DNA of 59,134 nt, the filler included, from Stramenopiles sp. TOSAG23-6 (Eukaryota): NCBI GenBank assembly GCA_900128565.1. It is 4 parts of 4 records of this genome, joined end to end, with 100 filler letters (N's around TTAATTAATTAA, not from the genome) between each part and the next. Parts side by side here need not be neighbours in the genome. Positions count along the whole stretch, not along the records: positions 1 to 14,783 come from LT636133.1; positions 14,884 to 29,589 come from LT636134.1; 2 more parts are not named here. One strand, given 5' to 3'. The stretch's first letter is position 1; each line of letters begins with the position of its first letter. The position numbers and the translations under genes were made by a program. This document shows, one piece after another, positions 10,224 to 21,666 of the stretch. Below the pieces are notes generated by a model. It saw only the letters and a list, made by a program, of their open reading frames with translations, did not search any database and was not told the DNA's origin.

Positions 10224-12307
10224 TTATAGTTTTTTTTGAACATGCTCAGCCTGGTAAAGTCGTTTTGAAAGAACAAGCTTTTTACCTGTGGAATCCAAAT
10301 GAGCATCTTCACATCGATCTTGTAACTGGCTTAGTCTTAATTTCATCATTTCTTTAATAAATTTAGCACGACTTAATCTCGGCTTCTCTTCTTTTTTTTT
10401 CAACTTTTTAGATAATATTGGAGAAATGTTTTCCTTTGCTTTACGTTTTTTTTTTTCAGTCTTTACAATAACAGTTGAGTTACTTACAAGAGAAATGTTT
10501 TCCTTTGCTTTACGTTTTTTTTTTTCAGTCTTTACAGTAACAGTTGAGTTACTTAAAAGAGAAATGTTTTCCTTTGCTTTACGTTTTTTTTTTCAGTCTT
10601 TACAGTAACAGTTGAGTTACTTAAAAGAGAAATATTTTCATCTTGAGTTTCAGTTACATCATCAACTTCAATTGCCATTAAATCTTCATCGCCTTTCACA
10701 TACAACTTCGCCTTACCATGATAGCCTCGCGAAAAACTTGTAATTTTTGCCGTTTTAGCATTTGCTAAAGAAGAATTTCCTTCAATACAAAGTTTCAGTT
10801 CTTGAATAGTCATTCTCTTTATTTTTGGTATTGATTTTGCTTTGCGCACTTTTGTTCTGCCAGGTTCTTTACCTACGATAAGAATGTCAGTCTTTCCTGA
10901 TACTGCTGTAGTAACTCTACCACCAAATGCTATAACCATTTTCTTAATTTTTCCTTTACCAAGATTTAGACCAGATCCACTGCCAACTTCTGGAAAAACT
11001 CCAGTGATAACGATTGTTTTACCTTTAAGAAATTCGGGATCTGCTCCATTTTTACCGGGTATCGGCAATGTAAAATGTGTACGCTGTTTGGAGTGTTTCA
11101 CAATTGAATTTGAATTCACCGAGGTATTTGATATTGCACTCAGACTTGTATCACTTTTTGAATTAGAATTATTTTTAGTATTTTTTGTATTTTTAGTATT
11201 TTTAGTATCGTTTGAAATAACATCTATAATTTCTATTTTAGTATCGTTTGAAATAACATCTACATTTTCTATTTCTACTGATTCTTCTACAGGTTGTTTT
11301 TGCTTAGTGTTATACATCTGGTTCATCTTTGTTTCAAGCTCTTCAAGTTGTTTCTTTGCCTTATTATAAGCAACTTCTGCTCGGATTTCTTTGGCTTTCG
11401 CTTTTTCCATTTTACTTTTTGACAAATCTTCATTTTGAATAATATTCCTTACCTTTTCGAGTGTATCAAGCATTTTATTTAATTTTATAAGAGCTTTGTC
11501 AATTTTTTTAGAAAGTGTTTTCTTCTTTTTTGCTTCACGTTCTACTTTTTTTTTCTTCTGTAATTCTTTCTTCGCTTTTGCATTCTTTTTCTTTGCATAC
11601 GATGCCCAATTTGTACTATTCATACAATGCTTAACTATCTGACGTTTAACTTTTTCAGTCATATCACCCAAACCACTTAACAATACTTCATTCATTCTCA
11701 TCAAACATTTTTCAAATTCAACAAAATCTGGAGAATTTTCGGGATTTGGAAGACCAGACCAGATTTTCTCAGGGACTCTCCAACATTTGACATGTCGCCA
11801 CCAACCATAATCACCACTCTCGGCGTCCATGATACCAATTCGAACACTTCCTCGAGGAATTTCAGTATTTAAACACGGATTTGTTTTCGATGTATTCTTA
11901 CAGGTTGAACGACCAGATTTTGCTAATTCTACGCGATATGGAATTTCCTCTACATTTTCAGCTTCATAAAAGTATTCCCAACTTGGAGTTTCACTACTGT
12001 CGAATTCTTCAGATAAATTATCGTACTCCTCAGCAGTAGACTGCGATCCATTTTTGACAAACGAATTGATATGCCCCTTTGAGAACATCGTTCTCATAGT
12101 CTCAAATGAAGTCTGAATTACTCTGAATATCTTAGCATCCCCTCCTTTATCTGGATGATTTTTCAAGCAACCCTTCCTCCAAGCTTTTCGGACACGAGAA
12201 AATTCATCCTTTACATTGAAGCAGCCGTCAAAGAATTCTTCAATATTATCTGCTGTGATGCCTAGAGTCTTGAGACATTCACCTAATGTTTTGTGAGTAC
12301 TAGGCAT
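10224..12307 (-). CDS. J-domain + PARP-type zinc finger + BRCT + SAP domain protein (apparent 1-nt homopolymer slip near 10590)
   Basis: HPDKGG; YRVELAKSGRSTCK...HVKC; LKGKTIVITG...GGRVTTAVSGKTDILIVG; beyond the 69-nt repeats the frame reads LRLSQLQDRCEDAHLDSTGKKLVLSKRL (SAP-like) to a stop at 10224. Confidence 0.72.
10421..10640. repeat. 69-nt coding tandem repeat x3 (units 69, 69, 68 nt)
   Basis: GAGAAATGTTTTCCTTTGCTTTACG(T)nCAGTCTTTACARTAACAGTTGAGTTACTTA repeated. Confidence 0.9.
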
Positions 12308-12563
12308 TATATTTGTAAAAGTATACAACCGACAATGCTTTACGAATTCCTACGAATATGAAAACAATGCAAAAGAGTTAAGCGGTGTGAGGTCAAATAA
12401 AACAACGAAAGAACAGACAATTCCAAGCCAATTGTCTTATAAATGACAGTGAGATCCAATTGTAAATAATATATAAATTGTCTATAATATGACACGCAAG
12501 TCAGGCAGGTAATAAATATTTTAGCTCTATAAGACTTTTTGAGATTTCGTGGTGGCATCTGAT

Positions 12564-14642
12564 CTAATATTTTTTAACCCCCCCCCCATGTATTAGATAT
12601 GTATTTGGAGAGTTACTGCGGACTATTGCATCATTACAATCAGGCTTCCAGCAGTTTTGAATAAATTCGGAGTAAACAAATTTATGATACATTTTTTGTG
12701 TCGTCCTTATATTTTTCTTATCCTGAAAAAAGTAGGAAAAATTAGTGTCAAACGCATTGGTATATCTACCACACCATATCTCCTCAAGCCAGAGTTTCCC
12801 AAAAGATCGAGACAGACGATATATTGCATTTCCATTAATATGATTTATATTAGGGTTAAGGTATAAACTACCTCTATAAATGCTTCCCTTTACCCAAAAT
12901 CGGTCAGATCGGATTTCATTTTCTCCTCTATACGTTTCTCTCAAAATTGCATCAATCCATAGAGGTTGTATAGGTCTTACATCTGGTTCGTAATACATAA
13001 AGTGTGTATGTGTTGGTGAAAATATATCGAATTTGTAAAGGTAAATTTGTATAGTAATTTGGTAAGAAAAAAGAATTCTTAATTAATTTTTGAAAAGATA
13101 CATATTTTTCCCAGAAAAGATTTCTTTCTATTTCTCTACTTGCAATTGATTTTATTTCACCATCTTTAGCATTTACTTCGAAAGCTTGATCTGGATTATT
13201 TTGACCAACTACAAAAATATTAGTTATCTGTTTGCAACATCCTTCAGGATAAGTACATATATTGTGAAAAAATATTTTTTTTGTAAAATTTGTAAGATAC
13301 AAATTTTTTTGAAAAAAAAATAGATTCGAAATTGAAAAAAATAGAACGTACTTTCTTCCTTCAACATATTTGCATGAGTGACAATAATGCGCTGGAAGCA
13401 ATGTCTCCACATTTGTCGTGTCTTCTTAATATATTTTTGAATTTCTTGATATATACCTTTGCTGATTTTTAAGTCGTGGTAAAGCACAAGATCTACAATT
13501 GGACTATTTGTATTATTATATACAGGGTTAGGTAAAGTTAAAGGCAATATAATATCCTGTGTAGTAATATGACGTCTTTTGTTATTGACAATATTTTTTT
13601 CTCTGCATTGTAGTTTGGAGTCAAACATTTGGTTCATTGTTACTTTGGTGCGATTCCACTGCCGAGTAATGAAAGGAATCACAACAGCCAACGAGTGACG
13701 TTGTTTTATTGCATCAGCATAAGGTTTAGGATATATCTTCTTCCGTAAGTAAATTATAGAGCCAAGCATTCCTCTCGCACCATTTCCAGGATTAGACCAA
13801 TACTTTTCGTCGCGGTGAATATCACCGCCAAAACCGTTTATCGTAACCAAAATTGAAAATACGGACTGATCAAACCTATGATTAGAAGAATTTGAACCTG
13901 TTGGTGCAATGCAAGCGAGGCGATGCGCACAGCTGTAGGCCTTTNNNNNNNNNNNNNNNNNNNNNNNNNNNNNNNNNNNTGACTCTCGCGTGTAACCTTG
14001 TAATCCCCCAGCACACATTATTGCGTCACCACCAATGGTTTTAGCATCCGTTTGAAGCTCCAAAATAGTTTTGGGATGTGTCAATTCTAACACCTTGCCA
14101 CAGCACTTCCAGTCTGTGTGCAACCCTTCTTGGGAGACAAACCAGTGACCTTTCGAATGAATTGATGCATCGATTTTAGCCAGTGGTCCTACGACTTCAA
14201 CACCAGAATCCAAAAAAATAATTGAGGGGTATTGTATGAGTGCCATGTGCATTACAATTGGTTTCCAAGCAAAGTTTGACAGGTCACGAACGTGAGGAGG
14301 ATAGTCTTCAAATGGAAATGATTTAAGTATCACCCATTTCCAGAGGTAGCGGATACGAGTCGCTAGTTGAGCTGGGAGTCCCAGGTCATACACAACTACA
14401 GTTCGACCAGGTGCATTTTCATGGATAGACCCTACAAAGTTTTCCAACATATCGTAAAATAACAATTGACTTTCTGTTACATTCCGAGAATTGCTCACCC
14501 CGCAAGCTGTTACGATCTGTGGTGGGTCTATTTTTCCGCTAGCAGCGAACTGTTTGGAAAACCTTTGCGACAATCCCAAACTAAAAATCATACTGGGGAG
14601 CATAAAGAATAATACGAACATTAAAATATTACCACGAGCCAT
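12564..14642 (-). CDS. Secreted/type II membrane protein: DUF1647-like domain + second glycosyltransferase-like domain, 3 exons
   Basis: N-terminal hydrophobic segment; VVYDLGL, FPFEDYPPHV, FAWKPI, NHRFDQS; spliced C-terminus KYTHFMYYEPDVRPIQPLWID...HINGNAIY. Confidence 0.65.
13008..13101 (-). other. Non-canonical intron GT-AT (94 nt) with U12-like donor
   Basis: AT|GTATCTTTT...TTTACCTTTAC...TTCACCAACACAT|; in-frame join KY-THFMYY. Confidence 0.75.
13257..13351 (-). other. Non-canonical intron GT-AT (95 nt)
   Basis: AA|GTACGTTCT...TTTGTATCTTAC...CACAATATAT|. Confidence 0.78.
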
Positions 14643-14827
14643 ACTAAATTATTGAATAAAGTTGTATCTAGTATGGTATTACGTATTTGGTCTTCCAAAT
14701 AATTCAAGTTTTAAATTTTTTTTTAAATTTCAAATTCAAATGTGAGAAGAAATCATTTCAAAAAATGTAAATATCAATGGTCANNNNNNNNNNNNNNNNN
14801 NNNNNNNNNNNNNNNNNNNNNNNNNNN

Positions 14828-14839
14828 TTAATTAATTAA
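14828..14839. other. Artificial scaffold linker TTAATTAATTAA within Ns (also 29634-29645 and 44420-44431)
   Basis: Identical 12-mer with stops in all six frames, centred in N runs. Confidence 0.9.
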
Positions 14840-14883
14840 NNNNNNNNNNNNNNNNNNNNNNNNNNNNNNNNNNNNNNNNNNNN

Positions 14884-15276
14884 AAATACCTGCCATGTAC
14901 AAAAAATGCACAACAACCTGTATACTATTATGTCTCTGAAGCTGCTGTGAAGGAATTTAAAGTAAACGAAAAAGAAAATATTTTCTCGTGTGGAATTCGT
15001 GATGCTGCTGGTCATTTTGCTATACAAGAGTTGTTACAAAAATCTCCTTCATTTGCATTATTTTTATTTAATCGTATGAATGAAAGCAAAGGTGGTATTA
15101 GTACTTGGTGTACGTTTAAAGAAAACAGGCCTCTCTTTGTATTAACAGCAATTCTTAAATATGGAAGTTTGGAAGTTTCAGTTAAATTAAAAAAACATTT
15201 GGAAAAACAAAGGAAAAGTCTTTCTGATATCGCTAGTACTATACCTGGTGCTAAAGCATTGCTTGCTCTTTTATAA
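14884..15276 (+). CDS. C-terminal fragment, possibly Pumilio-3/Puf6-like (CPL region); 5' end in gap
   Basis: AGHFAIQELL...W..ENRPLFVLTAIL...GAKALL; frame open from the gap. Confidence 0.45.
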   Translation, partial: KYLPCTKNAQQPVYYYVSEAAVKEFKVNEKENIFSCGIRDAAGHFAIQELLQKSPSFALFLFNRMNESKGGISTWCTFKENRPLFVLTAILKYGSLEVSVKLKKHLEKQRKSLSDIASTIPGAKALLALL

Positions 15277-15596
15277 GCTATGAAAACGTTTGAAACGTTT
15301 TACTTGAGTTGAAAAAAAAATGATCAAACTCAAACTCTGCTCACAGCCGTTAAACAAAAAAAAATAAAATACTTTTATAAAAATAATCCATTTGGACACA
15401 TGATGTTTTATCATTGACTCTTTTGATTTTTACTCGGCCTTATATGATATGGATGCATTACTAGATTTCTATAAGCTATTCAGTCGCAGAATTTGTAACC
15501 ACCTGGAGAAATATCTGTAAACTTCGCAAGCGATAGACCAATCCTTCCAATACTTTTTTTGCGTTTGCATTTTGTTGTTGTAACGTTTCTATTTTT

Positions 15597-15881
15597 CTAC
15601 TGTTTTTTTGAGGTAGCATTTTTTGTTTTTTTACCACGTGGAGAACATTGTGACTTTCTAGAGGAAGTTGGGAGTGCTTTTACTGTTTCTATTTCCTTTT
15701 CTACTGCGTTTACCGACTGCCCTAATTCTGACCATAGTGCATCAATTCTATTCTTTATATTCAATACTTCAGTGTGGTCAAGTGACCCGGCAGCTAAGCC
15801 ACTGTACAATAGATGGGTTTCTTTTAAAAGAGCCGAAAGTTGTTTCTGGCCTGCACGTGTATTAGACATAGACAAAACCAT
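15597..15881 (-). CDS. Small hypothetical coiled-coil protein
   Basis: 94-aa ATG ORF with helical pattern and basic tail. Confidence 0.4.
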   Translation of the reverse strand: MVLSMSNTRAGQKQLSALLKETHLLYSGLAAGSLDHTEVLNIKNRIDALWSELGQSVNAVEKEIETVKALPTSSRKSQCSPRGKKTKNATSKKQ

Positions 15882-16111
15882 ATCAATGAATGAATGATTA
15901 TCCTACTTCTCTCGCTTCTTTTACCTTTTGATTTTGTGAGTTTTGTGAGTTGACCTTCTCGAGTTTTGACAGAGTTGGTTTGTCACGTGTCAGATGATAC
16001 CCGGTAACGCTTGCAGTAACGGACCACCCACAAAACGGACAACCGTTGAAACTTGCTCCAACCGTCGTAGAGTCTTGCATTTCCCTTTTCGAAAGAGGAA
16101 ATACTAATTGA

Positions 16112-18116
16112 GTGATGGCTCGTAACGAGAGACATGTCTTACCAAGGCAACGTCGAGCACGTAAAACTCGCATATCTCCTCGTATTCCCAAGGGTAAAAG
16201 ATGTCAACCTCCTTCACCAGCAGAAAATAACAATTTGAGTCAAGAGGGATACGTTTTGGACAATCAAAGAGCTGGTCGGTCTGCTTTTCGAAAGCGACAG
16301 GATATGAAAAAGTCTCCTGCTGCTCGTAGAGCTGATAAAACAAATTTATTATTTGATGATAAAGACATATCAGTTTATCAAGCAAATAATAAAAGATATT
16401 TGATTTATCCTGAAGGTAACAGAGAACCAAATGGAGTATTTATCCAAAGTGTACCTTCAGATGGTCAGGACAAATCAGAATCAGAGCGGTGGACAACTAT
16501 AGATGATAATTGTCTTCGAAAAGCTGTCGCATTATATGGCGAGAATTGGCGTAAGATTGCTTCTGAAGTGAATAATAATAAATTCACTGATATTCAGTGT
16601 TTGCATCGATGGCATAGAGTCTTAAGTACACGAAAAAAGACAAACAATATTCAATGGGAACAATATGAAGATGATATACTGCAGGAGTGTCGTAGGAACG
16701 GTATTACTAAATGGTCTTCCATTGCAACATATCTTCAAGGGCGTACGGGTAAGCAATGTAGGGAGCGTTGGGTGAATCATATAAAACATAACACTTCTAC
16801 ATCGAAATCCTGGTCAGACGCCGAAGACAAATCGTTAATTAAAGTGTACAAAACCATTGGAGAAGATTGGATAAATGTGAAAAAGTTTCTTCCTGGTCGG
16901 AATGAAATTGATGTTCAAAATAGGTGGAAGGTTCTTTTGGCGACCAGGAAGGTTAAACCAAGTACATCAGTTGCTTTTCCCGTCGGAATTCAGGCAAACA
17001 TGAAGTCAACAATGTTACGAATGTTACCACCTCAAATGTCAAAGATGGCACAAATGGCACAAATGGCTCAGATGGGATTTGCCAATAATGCTACAATAAT
17101 GAGACAGTCAAATATTCCAGTTGCTCTACAGTTTACGAGTACTCCTGTTACGTTGAATACTGAATCAAAAAATGTTTCAAAAAACGTTTCAAAAAACGTT
17201 TCAAAAAATGTTTCAAAAAATGTTTCAAAAAATATTTCAAAAAATGTTTCAAAAAAACAAAATGCACAAAATAATGTAACAAGTTCGACAGATGCTAATC
17301 TTTTACGCATGGCAGAAGACTTTGTGGACGCTGAATCAAAACGACAGATGCAACATCATAACATTAAATTATCAGATTGTGATAAAGATTTAATGATTCG
17401 AGCTTATATAGCAGGAATGCAATTGAAACCAAATGAGCGAGAAGATACTGTTGGTACAGAAATTGATGGTCTACGATCTCAAAATGATTTGATGTGGGAA
17501 TTTGATGAAAGTGGTTCTTTTACTTTAGATCCTATGGGATTTTCATTCGATACTGAACCATTTGAAGGTTACTTACAATCAAATAACATGCTTTCAAATA
17601 AGGGTAGACCCAATGAAGTAAAGAAAAGTGACACTTTACCCGGTAACCAATTGTCTGAGATTCGTTCGACACCACCACAAAACTCAATCAAAGATAATCA
17701 ACACACTTTAGATCTTGGTGTTGGTTTAACTTGGGGATCTCTTGAATCGAATTTATTAGAAGATGCCAATGAAGACATTCTTGATGGTAATTTGGGAGGG
17801 GTAAACTACTCCATGCTAAACATGTACGTTTTTATCATTAATTTTTTATCTAAATTGTTTTTATTTTTGGTATGAAATTTTGTACCTAACAAAAAAAAAT
17901 TCAAATTTTTAAAATATTTTTTTTCAATACATGTCGCTCGAACACGGTGAATTAAAAAATGTATTACCGAAACTAAATGGAGAGACTTCTGATGCTGAAG
18001 AAATACCCGAAGAACTTCCAATGACCCTACCAGAAGACATAACAAACAACGCCGCCTTGATTGATAATTTAACGGTTGAATTACAAGGCAGAGGGGTACA
18101 TGTAGCAGGCTTTTGA
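16112..18116 (+). CDS. Three-repeat MYB (R1R2R3-like) transcription factor, 2 exons
   Basis: WTTIDDNCLRKAV...QCLHRW, GRTGKQCRERW, PGRNEIDVQNRW. Confidence 0.88.
17164..17255 (+). repeat. 12-nt coding repeat (SKNV)n
   Basis: TCAAAAAAYGTT x7. Confidence 0.9.
17824..17932 (+). other. Non-canonical intron GT-AT (109 nt)
   Basis: AT|GTACGTTTT...TTTTGTACCTAAC...TTCAATACAT|G. Confidence 0.85.
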
Positions 18117-18273
18117 TCTTTTTGTAAGATTTTCTACTTGTTTCATAAAACATTGCATTTATTTTCAATAAAATAAAATCTTTTATAAACAATACAAATT
18201 TACATCAGTAGTTTCTTTGCAATATTTCTCATGACAATAAAATTCACAACTCTAATTTCTTCTGTACTATTTC

Positions 18274-18690
18274 TCATAAAACTTTCTTGAACGACAACAC
18301 CTTCTTCGTTGAATGTGAGTAGTGTGTGAGCAGTAAAAGACCTGGAATGGATGCCACAATGTCCCCAAGCGTGTCCCCCATAGGGTCGGGCTCAGGAAAG
18401 TCTGAAAACAAATTCCATCGTGTAAGGTAAAAAATAAATGGACAACAAATATTTTCAATCACTTCCCAACCGAAAACGAATGTAATCATTTTTACATGTG
18501 TTAAACTGGGATAAATTAGTACAAGGCAAATATTCGCAATAATATGAACAAAGAACCATCGATCAATTATGAGATATTCACTCCCAAAATAAACTTTTTG
18601 CAAATTTATAGTTTCGTCAGAGTGAAATAAAATCACTGCTGTTACGCAAATTGAAGAGAGTACAAGAGAGCCGATAATATCAGAATACAT
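18274..18690 (-). CDS. Small multi-pass membrane protein
   Basis: Hydrophobic segments with DRWFFVH, WEVIEN and DTLGD motifs. Confidence 0.55.
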   Translation of the reverse strand: MYSDIIGSLVLSSICVTAVILFHSDETINLQKVYFGSEYLIIDRWFFVHIIANICLVLIYPSLTHVKMITFVFGWEVIENICCPFIFYLTRWNLFSDFPEPDPMGDTLGDIVASIPGLLLLTHYSHSTKKVLSFKKVL

Positions 18691-19192
18691 TTGATAGTAC
18701 TCTTCAGCACTCAGAAATATAAAGGCAATATTTCCAGAAGTTAAAGTATTACATCCGTTACGGAGATTCGGTCCAATAAGTAATAATTGTTGATGGTGCT
18801 TATTCCCTTGCGTATGAATCGACGTAATTCAGAAAGCAGGGTTATGTAGCTTGATGATATATATCAGTATCAATAGCTGAGCTAGCTGAGGCTGAGCTAG
18901 AATATTTATATAGAATAGATCAGATATCATATATATTATAATTAACGTTCCTACTAGTAAATTTTAACGGACGGACGAAAATCAAAATGGTTTTGATGTC
19001 GATCAAGGCATTTTCGGCCAAAGAATTTCATGTATATCAGCTAGATATTATAAATGCTAGCTAGCAGGTGCAGGTACTATAGCCTTCCCATAGTGTCATT
19101 GTCACTGGAATACCTGTCGAATAAGTGATTTAGACGTAAATTAAGAACATACTTTATAGAACCCGAGGGGTTTAAGTTGAATATACAATAAT

Positions 19193-20818
19193 ATGCGATA
19201 TTTCGAGATTGACACTAACTTTATTGGTGGAACCATGGCAATTCTTGCTGGAATTTTTTCTAATTTTGGTACTGCAAATCAGAAGCAAACACATTTATGT
19301 AACAATGCTTTACCACGTAGAATGCAAGGTAGTGTCTATTGGAAACAGCGTTGGATTCTAGGTTTATTTTGTATACTCTTTGGTGGTCTATTAGATATGG
19401 GTGCGTTAATGTATGCAACGCAAATAATCGTCGCTGTAGTTGGTGGGGCCGGAACTATTGTATCAAATGTTTTTTTTTGCACAATTTATCTTGGTGAAAA
19501 AATAACTATAAATGACTGTGTTGGTCTTTTTTTGATCCTTATATCAGTGGTTTTGATATCTTTCAGCACCCCTCAAGATAGAGTATATGAACTACATGAT
19601 CTTCAGAAAAACTTTGAAAGAGATGAATTTTGGCAATATTTGATGTACTGTTTCTTACTTTTATCCATGTTGCTTTTGTTATTGATGTATAATCTGTTTT
19701 GTTTTGATAGCAAAGAAAAATTTACGGCATTTCGTGCAAGAAGTATCAGTCCAAATAGAAGTCCAAAAAGTTCACATTTCGTAATGAATCGAGAAGAATA
19801 CACCCATATACCAAGTGCAACAGCTGAAAATAGATCATATCTAACGCAATCACTTAGCAAATTGAATAACTATCGTACAGCAAAAAATAGTACGCGTACT
19901 CTTAATAAAGAAGATCAGATACGGACGAAAGAATTGATGATTCAGACAAATTCTAATGTAGAAGAAATTAAAGAGGAGGACCCTAACCCTAACCCTAAAC
20001 CACTGACCAAAGGACAACTTCAAAAATCATTCGGTACAAAAAAATTTGAAACAATCTACGGATTTGATAAAAATGCTACAAATTCGTCTCTAATAGAAGA
20101 ACAACAATATCAAGACTTTTTAAGTCGTAGTAAAATGAATTCATTAATATATGCCATTATAGCTGGGATAATTGGTTCATTCACTGTTTTATTAGTTAAA
20201 TGTTTTTGTGAAATTGTTGAAGTGTCTTACCTTCCTGGACAAAAAACAAATGTCCATGATACCAAAAACACAATCTTACATTGGCAAGTCATGTTTGTTT
20301 TCATCATTTTCAAAAGAATTCAAAAGAATTCAGTTTTTTTATATTGTACGAAATGTTTTTTTTTNTACTTAATGGATTTCGAATTTAATTTTTTTTCACA
20401 CTACATGTTTTTTGCTATCGGAGGTTTATTTTGTGGTGCTTCACAGATTATACTTATAAATCAAGCTATTGAAATACATGATGCTCTTGGTGTTTTGTCT
20501 ACCTTTCAATTTACATGGATATTATTTAGTACAATTGGAGGAGTCATATTTTATGATTTACAACTTACAAAAAAAGATCAATATTTTTGTATTTTTTCTG
20601 TTATTTTATGTGCAATTTCCGTAACACTATTTGCAAATCGAAAACATGTTTTTGTGAATGATGTGGACAATATGACTATAACTAAAAATAATACAAGAAA
20701 TAGATGTATTAAAGAATTGAGCGTACAATCCAAAACTACTACAGAAAAAAATGCGTTAGAAGTAACAAATATTTTGGGTGATGAAAAATATCTAAATGCA
20801 GTGTATGGAAGTATTTGA
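19193..20818 (+). CDS. NIPA-type magnesium transporter-like (DMT superfamily), with one in-frame intron
   Basis: WILGLFCILFGGLLDMGALMYATQIIVA, YLGEKI, IAGIIGSFTVLLVK, INQAIEIHDA, GGVIFY. Confidence 0.8.
   Translation: MRYFEIDTNFIGGTMAILAGIFSNFGTANQKQTHLCNNALPRRMQGSVYWKQRWILGLFCILFGGLLDMGALMYATQIIVAVVGGAGTIVSNVFFCTIYLGEKITINDCVGLFLILISVVLISFSTPQDRVYELHDLQKNFERDEFWQYLMYCFLLLSMLLLLLMYNLFCFDSKEKFTAFRARSISPNRSPKSSHFVMNREEYTHIPSATAENRSYLTQSLSKLNNYRTAKNSTRTLNKEDQIRTKELMIQTNSNVEEIKEEDPNPNPKPLTKGQLQKSFGTKKFETIYGFDKNATNSSLIEEQQYQDFLSRSKMNSLIYAIIAGIIGSFTVLLVKCFCEIVEVSYLPGQKTNVHDTKNTILHWQVMFVFIIFKRIQKNSVFLYCTKCFFXYLMDFEFNFFSHYMFFAIGGLFCGASQIILINQAIEIHDALGVLSTFQFTWILFSTIGGVIFYDLQLTKKDQYFCIFSVILCAISVTLFANRKHVFVNDVDNMTITKNNTRNRCIKELSVQSKTTTEKNALEVTNILGDEKYLNAVYGSI
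20293..20406 (+). other. Degenerate non-canonical intron GT-AT (114 nt, in frame, stop-free)
   Basis: AT|GTTTGTTTTC...TTGTACGAAAT...TACTTAAT...TTTTCACACTACAT|G. Confidence 0.65.
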
Positions 20819-21666
20819 AACTGGAAAAAAGTATAATAAAATATTTTTCATTATGTAATACGTGTCAAAATTTATTTATATTAATAAGCTAGCGTCTACT
20901 ACGTAACATTTGGTGCTGTGGACGACTTGATGAAGTTATTGTTGTTGTTGTTGATGTTCTTACAGTGCCAGTTGTAGTTTTTTTATCGTGGTTGTTGGGG
21001 GTGGGACAAATCAATAGGAAAGCAAGAAAACTAAATCCTATAAAAAGAGTAGATATAAAAAAAAGCAAAAATGAAAAAGCTATCTGGCGTTCATACATAG
21101 TCGTACGTGGTATATTTAACTCAGTTGTGGTGTCAACGTTGAATTTGTTTTGGTTGTTNTGGACTTCCTCTCGCCTTCTTTTTTGTGCTGCTTTATGATC
21201 AGATGTACTTAACCAAGCAACCGAATCTTTGAGTAGAAAGCAGAATATAGTAAATACAGTAATTGCAATCGTTTTATAACCCATTGGCATAGATTTATTC
21301 CATTTTAATTGTCTCTTTAAAAAAAATGTGTCTGGTGCTAGCACACCTACAGATAATTTTTTTATAGTACATAAACGATAAATATGAGGAAGAACGGTCC
21401 ATACGTTAAGTTAACAACTCCAAAGCAAATTCTTAAGCCGGTTACCAGGTAACATCACATTCATCGAATTGAGATGAGATTATCTCTCCTCCAATTCGAT
21501 TTCTCTCGTCGTCGTCACGTAGTGTTGCGAATAATACAACTAAAAGTTTCAATCTATTGGGGAAGAACATTGCGAATATCCAAGTAGATTGATTGGATAA
21601 GATAGATATCTTTCGTAATCGTATTTTATTGCTCTGTGATTTTCAGTTGTTGACGTTTCTATCAGT

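Noticed and set aside
14828-14839. TTAATTAATTAA palindrome as a biological element
   Set aside because: Always embedded in N runs; a six-frame stop scaffold linker, so gene adjacency across it is unreliable
18840-19080. CTAG/AGCT-rich palindromic intergenic stretch as an ncRNA or snRNA
   Set aside because: No recognisable snRNA, tRNA or Sm-site pattern by eye; needs an Infernal search
20889-21344. ORF with two hydrophobic segments
   Set aside because: No clear start or recognisable family; may be a gene but is not supportable
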